Positions 25,479 through 32,000 of a DNA stretch of 32,000 bases are shown one piece after another; the first letter of the stretch is position 1; the number at the start of each line of letters is the position of its first letter. Under the pieces are notes generated by a model, which saw only the letters and a list, made by a program, of their open reading frames with translations, was not told the DNA's origin and ran no database searches. Source of the stretch: Nitrososphaeraceae archaeon (GTDB lineage: Archaea; Thermoproteota; Nitrososphaeria; Nitrososphaerales; Nitrososphaeraceae); assembly GCA_035643635.1 (NCBI GenBank), contig DASQQB010000139.1, forward strand, positions 54,865 to 86,864. Reading direction: 5' to 3'. The position numbers were made by a program, and so were the translations under genes.

Positions 25479-25723
25479 TTGTACGTCCAATTAATTAACC
25501 TTGGTTCTACATTACTGTATCTATCACGTGGTTATAGTAGGTTAACTGTCCTAATATTCCACTAAACTTCTACAAATGAAGAGAATTAATAAAGAAATTC
25601 AAAGGATTTCTAACACAGCTCGTAGTATGGACCTTTATTATACATCTTGGTATTTACTTACCTATATATATACACACATATAGGATGATAACGTCTTAAT
25701 ATTTTTGTTTTATAATAGAGAGT

Positions 25724-26101
25724 GTGTTCAAGGTCATTGTAAAAATTAATGATATACATTGGGCAGTAGACTACCTTCTAGTTAACGTTGTTGCGAGAAA
25801 TAAATCAAAATCAAGAGTTCTCAATCAGAGCAATACTCCAAGTTCTCCAGTACTTCACAATAAAGAAGTGGAGTTTGAGTTTTCTGATGACGAAATACGG
25901 ATAAATGAACCATTCTATACCTGTGTAACAATACTGGGACACGGAGCAAGATGGTCAGTATGTAAGATAGGTAAGAATTCACATGAAAAGAGGCCAGAAA
26001 CTGTCATCATTCCGTTAAGAGATATTGCTGAGTATTGGCAATATGCTGAAAACAATGATGCAGATCCTATTGAAGATGTCGATGAGGATTGGATTTTCTG
26101 A
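25724..26101 (+). CDS. Hypothetical protein (125 aa) with an acidic C-terminus
   Basis: GTG-initiated ORF with protein-like composition. No family is recognised and the start is uncertain. Confidence 0.4.
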   Translation: MFKVIVKINDIHWAVDYLLVNVVARNKSKSRVLNQSNTPSSPVLHNKEVEFEFSDDEIRINEPFYTCVTILGHGARWSVCKIGKNSHEKRPETVIIPLRDIAEYWQYAENNDADPIEDVDEDWIF

Positions 26102-26624
26102 TTTATTGGAATTGGAGATAATATTCTAATTAGTTTGCAAATAAGAATGCATATCAAGTATCAACTTCGAGCTATAAGATGTTGATATTAAAACTAGCAA
26201 TATCAGCGTCAGTTCTACAATAGACCTAGTTGAATAATTCTCTCTTTTCAGTAGATTGTTCTCATGAGGAATTGATGAGAAGCAAATATTGTGACTTAGC
26301 AGGCTTTTTAATTTACGGTAAACTTTATGTGACCTGTGGAAATGTAGGATCAAGAAAGTAGACGTATGATTTCTGTACGTTGGTATATGATGAACATGTA
26401 CATCCCATGTTAAGTTGTAAAATTACAATATGTCTGGATAACGAGTAGTTTTCCAGTCAGGATTGCAAATTATAGGCTATGTACTTCGTAGTATTCATAA
26501 ACAGACGAGATTCTTAATAGTTTAATTTGGGAACATATACAACAAAGGGCAATTTATTTAGAACTCATTTTCATATAGATGTACAGACTTATTAACCACG
26601 GGAGATGGGTCATTAGATTAGACT

Positions 26625-28499
26625 TTGTTAAAGTATTATGTTGGTTGTGCTGATTGGCGGTATAGTGCATGGAAAGATGAATTCTATCCTAATATGATGG
26701 ATCAGAAAGATTATCTGACATATTATTCCAAAGTTTTTGATTTTGTAGAAATTAATTTGGATAGGAGCAATGGTCATAATAATAAAAATGGAAGCTATTC
26801 TGTTCCAAATAATGAAATAATACAAAAGTGGTCAAATGAAATACCAGATAATTTTCGCTTTACTATCGAGTTACCTGGTTCTATTATTGACCAAATAGAC
26901 AAGCTTGGAGATTATTTGGAAGAATTTGCTCCGTTAGAAGAAAAGATACTTGCTGTGGTGGTTCATCAGAAAAATTCGACCCTAGCCAACGGTAGGGAAT
27001 GGCTTAATGGTCTCTTGGATATATGCATGTATCATGGATATTCAGTAGCTTTGGAATTTGACCATTATTCTTGGTATCAAGATTTAACATACCATATCTT
27101 AAAAAAATACAAAGCCGCATTAATTTGGTCTAGTAAGAGTCGTCACGCTGTAGTTACTGGTGATTTTCTATATCTTAGAATACGTGAAAATGAAAGAAGA
27201 TGGATTAATAAGATCAAGCGTGAGGATGATTATAATAAAAGCAATATACAACAAGAAGGTATTAAATTTGCAATTATTGTAGTAGATAATCCTTCAACAG
27301 TCAATAGAGTTTTACGACTATTGGATTTGCCAGAAAGAAAATATGGTGATAATAAGTGGACAGGCAAGGTTATAATGTGTGTTGATCTGAATGCATTCTT
27401 TCCTTCTTGTGAAGAGCTTCGGGACACATCACTGGTAGGAAATCCACATGCAGTAATTATGACTGATCAAGAGAAAGGCAAGATAACTAAAGGTGCAGTA
27501 GCTTCATGTTCTTATGAAGCAAGAAAATATGGCGTCAGATCGGCTATGTCACTTCTAAAAGCAGAAGAATTATGTCCTAATCTTATCCTAAACCCAGTTG
27601 ACATACCATACTATAGACAGATTTCTGATAAAGTTATGAGAATTTTGGAAGAATATGCAGATGTTTTAGAGCAATCTAGCATAGATGAAGCATATCTAGA
27701 TTGCACTAATAAAATTAGATCTAATCCACTTATTACTATCGAAACATACACCGAACAGATCAAAAAATCAATTAAAGAACAATGTAGACTTTTAACTTCC
27801 ATAGGAGTAGCCAATACGAAATCTGCTGCAAAAATTGCATCTGACTATCAAAAACCTGACGGTCTTACGGTCGTTTATCCGCATAAATTACAAAGCTTTT
27901 TAGAGCCACTTGAGGTGGGAAGGATAGCAGGTGTTGGTGTCAAAACTCAACAGGTCTTGAAAGGGAACCTTGGAATTGAAACTATAGGTCAGCTTTCAAA
28001 ATGCGATGTTCAGAAATTGATAGATAAGTTTGGCAAAAGGAATGGTCTTTGGATGTGGCAAGTAGCAAATGGTCTAGATACGGATGATGCAGTCATTCCC
28101 AGAGAAGACAACATCTCCATAAGTTCTGAGCAAACATTGAACAGGCATACTAGAGATAGAGAGAAGATATTAAAATATGTAAATGAATTAGTAGACGAAG
28201 TCTATGATAGGGTCAGTGGGAAGGGTTATGAATTTAGAACCGTAGGATTGAAATTAGTCAAATCTGATTTTTCAGTTGAAACAAGGGAGACTTCCTATTC
28301 AAATTATCAGAGTGCAAAAGAAAGTATTGCAAGTGTTGTTGAAGGTTTATTAAGTAAATTTTCCTTTTTGTCTTCTGAATCTAACAACTACGGTGATACC
28401 ACATTGACTGTCCGAAAAGTAGGAGTAAAGTTGTCAAACTTAATTAGTATAGAAAAGAAAAAGCCGCCACAACAAAAGACATTAATGGATTATATTTAA
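26625..28499 (+). CDS. DUF72 (YecE/UPF0759) domain fused to a Y-family DNA polymerase IV (Dpo4/DinB)
   Basis: Residues 1 to ~235 carry the DUF72 blocks: 'GCADWRYSAWKDEFYP', 'FDFVEIN', 'FRFTIE', 'ALEFDHYSW', 'FLYLRI', 'AIIVVDN...RLLDL'. Residues 248-624 carry the polymerase blocks: 'VDLNAFFPSCEE', 'ASCSYEARKYGVRSAM', 'SIDEAYLD', 'GVANTKSAAKIASDYQKPDG'. It is one uninterrupted ORF with a TTG start directly after an in-frame TAG. Confidence 0.88.
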   Translation: MLKYYVGCADWRYSAWKDEFYPNMMDQKDYLTYYSKVFDFVEINLDRSNGHNNKNGSYSVPNNEIIQKWSNEIPDNFRFTIELPGSIIDQIDKLGDYLEEFAPLEEKILAVVVHQKNSTLANGREWLNGLLDICMYHGYSVALEFDHYSWYQDLTYHILKKYKAALIWSSKSRHAVVTGDFLYLRIRENERRWINKIKREDDYNKSNIQQEGIKFAIIVVDNPSTVNRVLRLLDLPERKYGDNKWTGKVIMCVDLNAFFPSCEELRDTSLVGNPHAVIMTDQEKGKITKGAVASCSYEARKYGVRSAMSLLKAEELCPNLILNPVDIPYYRQISDKVMRILEEYADVLEQSSIDEAYLDCTNKIRSNPLITIETYTEQIKKSIKEQCRLLTSIGVANTKSAAKIASDYQKPDGLTVVYPHKLQSFLEPLEVGRIAGVGVKTQQVLKGNLGIETIGQLSKCDVQKLIDKFGKRNGLWMWQVANGLDTDDAVIPREDNISISSEQTLNRHTRDREKILKYVNELVDEVYDRVSGKGYEFRTVGLKLVKSDFSVETRETSYSNYQSAKESIASVVEGLLSKFSFLSSESNNYGDTTLTVRKVGVKLSNLISIEKKKPPQQKTLMDYI

Positions 28500-28800
28500 T
28501 AAAAATTAAGTCTTCTTCATATCTTGGTTCAATCGATTGAAGTAAACTAATTCCTAATGTATTATTCGCAGTATTAGATGGATTGTAAGGCGCTCTAATG
28601 CACTATTATGATGCACAAATTTAATATTGCAAATATGTTCGGTTGATGTTTTAAATATAATTAATCTGAATCCTCGTAAAGCTATCCTCTCATATCTTCT
28701 CTTGATTTTTCACAATAGTCAAAATATGTAACTTTATTGATATCTATATAGCGGGCCTTTTTCTTTGCTATAATCCTTATTAGTGTTAAACACGTCTTAA

Positions 28801-29394
28801 TTGTTTACCATGAACAAGAAACAGAGAACAAGCTATTTACTGGGATTATCTAGCATTAGTTTGGCACTAGCATTTATGGTCTTGCCAAACAATAATGCAT
28901 TAGCCCAGAATAACAATGGAATAGGTAGAAACATGCCATCCATGACAACAACGGCTCTAGGTAGTAACAGCAAACAAACTCCTTGGAATCCGCTTTCTAT
29001 GAGCAGTTCTGAAAATTGGACAGGTTCTATATCACTGTTAAGCCCTATTATAGATGCATACAAGTCAAAGATCCATACCACGCTCAATGATGCTATTACA
29101 AGTGCAAAAAATGTTGTAGGAGGTTCAAATTCTTCAGCTGTTGCCGCATTTATACATCCACAAAGAGGGTTCTTGGTGTATAATGTATTCGTTCTTGACT
29201 CCAGTAACAATATTCATAGAGTAATTATAGATCCAGGAAATGGAAGGGTATTGTCTAACCTAGGACTATCTATGCCGGATATGATGAGTATGATGCATCC
29301 CTCTATGGGAATGGGTGGGATGATGGATAATGGCGGTGGGATGATGGATAATGGCGGTAGGATGATGGGTTCCTTTAATGGTCCGTGGCATTAA
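28801..29394 (+). CDS. Secreted PepSY-domain protein with a Met/Gly-rich C-terminal tail
   Basis: Signal peptide 'LLGLSSISLALAFMVLPNNNALAQ'. PepSY-like 'AAFIHPQRGFLVYNVFVLDSSNNIHRVIIDPGNGRVLS'. Tail 'PDMMSMMHPSMGMGGMMDNGGGMMDNGGRMMG'. The start is TTG 28801 or ATG 28810. Confidence 0.7.
   Translation: MFTMNKKQRTSYLLGLSSISLALAFMVLPNNNALAQNNNGIGRNMPSMTTTALGSNSKQTPWNPLSMSSSENWTGSISLLSPIIDAYKSKIHTTLNDAITSAKNVVGGSNSSAVAAFIHPQRGFLVYNVFVLDSSNNIHRVIIDPGNGRVLSNLGLSMPDMMSMMHPSMGMGGMMDNGGGMMDNGGRMMGSFNGPWH
29314..29370 (+). repeat. In-frame 21-nt tandem repeat (2 full copies plus 1 partial) encoding GGMMDNG units
   Basis: ggtgggatgatggataatggc occurs twice exactly (29314..29334 and 29335..29355), followed by ggtaggatgatgggt. 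Confidence 0.9.
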
Positions 29395-29772
29395 CAGCAA
29401 AATAGACTAGCGATTTATGTAATAAAGTTAATTATCCTTTTTTTTCTTATACAATTCTTATCCTGGTCAAATCATGTTTAACCTCTGTTGGCAGTGAATA
29501 AGAGATTATTATCATCCACAATATTTATGGATACTATCACTTTTAGTAAGAGCAGATGTTAACAAACTAACAAACTAATTCAGGATGACAATAAGGTCGC
29601 GGTTTTTAATGAAAATGTAAATAATATTAATGAACATGATATATCTATATGATAAACCTTGAAATTGCATATTCAGTAAGTCGCAGAAATATAATTCAAA
29701 TTTTAGCTTCAAAGTTAAAAATTATCTATGGATACAATCAATCTTGATCATAAAGTGTCCTGCTTATAATTG

Positions 29773-30345
29773 CTAAAATAAGACCTCGTAAAGCTTTCTA
29801 AGAATTTTCGCTGTAGCGCCCCATACAATATCATTTTTGTATGTGAATTTATAAACATCGTTAACTGATGAATCGTAGTGATCAAGGTCAAGAGTCATGG
29901 TATCCAAGAGTTCAAAGATAGGCGCATCGATTAATCTTTCTACCTCACATGAAAGAATTTTAAGGTGGGGAATTTTATGTTGCAATGTTATAAATGGTGT
30001 TATCATGAAATTCGATGTCAATGTACTTACAGTTGTCAAACTTCCGATTATGTCTTTATGCCTGAGCAAAAGACCAATTTCTTCCTTCGTTTCTCTTATT
30101 GCAGTATGACGTAATGATTTGTCCCTTAAGGAGTATTTTCCTCCGGGAAAAGATATTTCTGAGCTGTGAGACTGAAGACCAGAGCTTCGCTTTGTTAAAA
30201 GAACATGTGGTGTTTTGTAATTGTAATGAATTATAATCATAACTGCGGCACTACGAGACAACTTATTGTAATGTGACAAAAAAATGGATTGTGGTTTTGC
30301 AATTATTGGTTGAATTTTTGAGGCAACCTGCTCAGGGCTTAACAT
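29773..30345 (-). CDS. NUDIX hydrolase (CoA-pyrophosphatase-like subgroup)
   Basis: Nudix box 'GGKYSLRDKSLRHTAIRETKEEIGL' (G-x5-E-x7-REUxEExGU), preceded by 'ISFPGG'. Confidence 0.85.
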   Translation of the reverse strand: MLSPEQVASKIQPIIAKPQSIFLSHYNKLSRSAAVMIIIHYNYKTPHVLLTKRSSGLQSHSSEISFPGGKYSLRDKSLRHTAIRETKEEIGLLLRHKDIIGSLTTVSTLTSNFMITPFITLQHKIPHLKILSCEVERLIDAPIFELLDTMTLDLDHYDSSVNDVYKFTYKNDIVWGATAKILRKLYEVLF

Positions 30346-30554
30346 TTGTATTTGTATTTTATAACAAAACTATAAAATTAAAGTTACGGGATATGCATAT
30401 GAATAAATCATAGTATACGAGAACCACTATTGGTAATTCTAATTCTCTGATATAACTCCGTTCTCAGATAATTTAACCTCTTTCTATAATGTCTTAGTTT
30501 AATACTAATAAAAATAATAGTAATATATATAATCAATAGATATCTAAAGCCAAA

Positions 30555-31319
30555 ATGAGGATCACTTATGAATTAAACCCTCCAAAAATAGTGAAAGATG
30601 AGCGTTTAGATCTTTTGTCGATAAACCAAGAAATAGAGGTACTTTTAAGACGTGCTTCTTCATTAGTTGAATATGCAGATGGAATTCACCTAACTGATTC
30701 CGTTTTAGGAGTACCGCGTATGTCCAGTATTACCGCTGCACGATTCTTAAAATTGGCACATAATCCATTGAATATAAGTTGTAGTATAAGAACCAGAGAT
30801 AGAAACTTCACGGCCATATGTCAATTTGTATTAGATGCGATATTACTAGGTGTAGATAGCTTGCTCGTTTTAATGGGAGATGAGCCATCCTCTGGTCCGA
30901 AAGGTTTTGGACTTAAACCCAGCGATGTAATACATATGCTGAGATATGAAAAGTATGATATGGCTATTGACTTTAATCTGACAATTCCAAGTGAAATAAA
31001 AGAAATATCTTGTATTCAAAAGAAGCTAGCGGCCAAACCTAAAGCCTTTGTTTCACAATCAATCAAGTCCCTATCAGATCTAGGACGCATTGTAGATTGT
31101 ATAAAACCCTATGGCATTAAAGTTGTTGCATGTATTATGGCTCCTTCAGAAAAAAACAAGCTTTCTGCTGAGATGATAGGACTAGATTTCAAACAATACG
31201 AAAATAATCCAGTCGATTTTATAAAACAGGCAGCTGAGATTGCAGATGAGGTACTACTTACTTCTCCAAACAGTTTTAGGACAGGAATTGATCTGCTCTC
31301 ACTACTAAAAGGAAAATAA
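30555..31319 (+). CDS. Methylenetetrahydrofolate reductase-like protein (short archaeal MetF-like form)
   Basis: 'YELNPPK', 'ADGIHLTDSVLGVPRMSS', 'CSIRTRDRN' and 'GVDSLLVLMGDEP' follow the MTHFR-family TIM-barrel pattern. Confidence 0.65.
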   Translation: MRITYELNPPKIVKDERLDLLSINQEIEVLLRRASSLVEYADGIHLTDSVLGVPRMSSITAARFLKLAHNPLNISCSIRTRDRNFTAICQFVLDAILLGVDSLLVLMGDEPSSGPKGFGLKPSDVIHMLRYEKYDMAIDFNLTIPSEIKEISCIQKKLAAKPKAFVSQSIKSLSDLGRIVDCIKPYGIKVVACIMAPSEKNKLSAEMIGLDFKQYENNPVDFIKQAAEIADEVLLTSPNSFRTGIDLLSLLKGK

Positions 31320-31330
31320 TATATTTATAG

Positions 31331-32000
31331 TTACAAGTTATCTTCCATTCTTCTCGTTGTGATTATTTCTGTTTTAAGTTCATCTAATACTTTGCTTCTA
31401 TATGGATGCAAGTTATTGTCCTCGCTTAATCTTGGTCTCCTATAGTCTACTATAATCTCTTTTTTTACTCTTCCTGGTCTACTTGTAAATATTATAACCT
31501 TGTCTCCAAGGCAAACAGATTCAGTTATATTGTGAGTAACAAATACTATAGTCTTTCTTGTTTTAGCCCAAATTAATTGTAATTCTACTAAAAGTAAATC
31601 CCTAGTCTGTGAATCAAGTGCAGCGAAAGGCTCATCCATCAATAATACCTCTGGATCCATAACGAGTGCTCGTGCAATCGCAACTCTTTGCTTCATTCCT
31701 CCGGAGAGTTGATAAATATATGCTTCGGCAAATTTTGTTAATTGCATCATATTGAGATAATGCATCGCTATTTCATGTCTTTTGTCCTTTTGAACACCAG
31801 CCATCTTTAGGCCAAACTCTACATTATCTAGTACTTTAAGCCATGGAAACAAAGCGTTTTCTTGAAATACCATGATCCTATCTGGACCAGTCTCTACTGC
31901 TAACCTGCCATTAAGAACTACTTCACCTTCACTGGGTTTGTCTAATCCTGACAATATGCTAAGTAAAGTGGACTTTCCACAACCAGATGGACCGACGAAG
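31331..32000 (-). CDS. ABC transporter ATP-binding protein, NitT/TauT (nitrate/sulfonate/bicarbonate) type; 5' end outside the window
   Basis: The reading frame stays open to base 32000 and includes Walker A 'GPSGCGKST'. Also present are the Q-loop, signature 'LSGGMKQRVAIARAL', Walker B 'LLMDEPFAALD' and H-loop 'VTHN'. The track start at 31954 is an internal TTG. Confidence 0.9.
   Translation of the reverse strand, partial: FVGPSGCGKSTLLSILSGLDKPSEGEVVLNGRLAVETGPDRIMVFQENALFPWLKVLDNVEFGLKMAGVQKDKRHEIAMHYLNMMQLTKFAEAYIYQLSGGMKQRVAIARALVMDPEVLLMDEPFAALDSQTRDLLLVELQLIWAKTRKTIVFVTHNITESVCLGDKVIIFTSRPGRVKKEIIVDYRRPRLSEDNNLHPYRSKVLDELKTEIITTRRMEDNL

Noticed and set aside
26387-26450. Exact C-box-like 'atgatga' in the spacer upstream of the DUF72-polymerase gene
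   Set aside because: No CUGA D or D' box occurs at the expected distances downstream.
28608-28669. Possible C/D-box sRNA (AUGAUGC ... UGAUGU ... CUGA)
   Set aside because: The C box is imperfect and no D' box (CUGA) follows it. The C'-to-D spacing is 16 nt rather than ~12 nt, and there are no complementary termini.
24816-30109. ORFs 24816..25016 (+), 25915..26157 (-), 26126..26353 (-), 26628..26825 (-), 27230..27427 (-), 27611..27814 (-), 28833..29210 (-) and 29897..30109 (+)
   Set aside because: Most are antisense to well-supported genes (S3Ae, the 125-aa ORF, DUF72-polymerase, PepSY, NUDIX). ORF 26126..26353 is mostly intergenic, but it is low-complexity, lacks motifs and has no promoter-like element that I can see.
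1-32000. CRISPR arrays, rRNA genes, intact IS/transposons, prophage or defence-system genes
   Set aside because: I found no spaced direct repeats. The only GC-rich structured-RNA island is the tRNA at 15510. I saw no transposase or integrase with an intact frame, and no nuclease/ATPase/methylase combinations suggestive of defence systems.

Overview
This is an AT-rich archaeal chromosomal segment. I infer an ammonia-oxidising thaumarchaeon (Nitrososphaeria), but the genus cannot be told by eye. The evidence is a eukaryote-type DNA topoisomerase IB, ribosomal protein S3Ae/eS1, the DUF54-Rpp30-Pop5 piece of the archaeal exosome/RNase P superoperon, a membrane-anchored two-domain multicopper oxidase, and TATA-like boxes about 25-35 nt upstream of start codons (leaderless-style).

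From about 5.2 kb onward the window is ordinary core genome:
- transport: CorA, a family-5 peptide/nickel ABC importer (binding protein plus two permeases), and a partial NitT/TauT-type ABC ATPase
- information processing: topoisomerase IB, tRNA(CAU), S3Ae, the RNase P proteins, and a JAMM/MPN metalloprotease
- metabolism: a class II fumarase-family lyase, TrpA, an aldo-keto reductase, PurN, a NUDIX hydrolase, and an MTHFR-like protein

The leftmost ~5 kb looks like a decaying variable region. It holds a GT2 tail, a possible recombinase relic, a C39-like peptidase/TPR protein, and a 2.8-kb gene-poor stretch.

Most interesting observations:
1. A single 624-codon ORF fuses a complete DUF72 (function unknown) domain end-to-end to an intact Y-family translesion polymerase.
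2. A multiply disrupted HAD-IIB (mannosyl-3-phosphoglycerate-phosphatase-like) pseudogene lies in the gene-poor stretch.
3. Two mini-ORFs fall below the ORF-track cutoff: a 44-aa classical C2H2 zinc finger and a 48-aa peptide with 12 Cys. The Cys-rich peptide has a competing antisense explanation.
4. The multicopper oxidase has permuted copper motifs (type-C layout) and a Leu in the axial T1 position.
5. A secreted PepSY protein ends in a Met/Gly-rich tail encoded by a 21-nt tandem repeat.

I see no CRISPR array, rRNA, intact mobile element or recognisable defence system. All family calls rest on motif recognition from memory, with no alignments or searches run.
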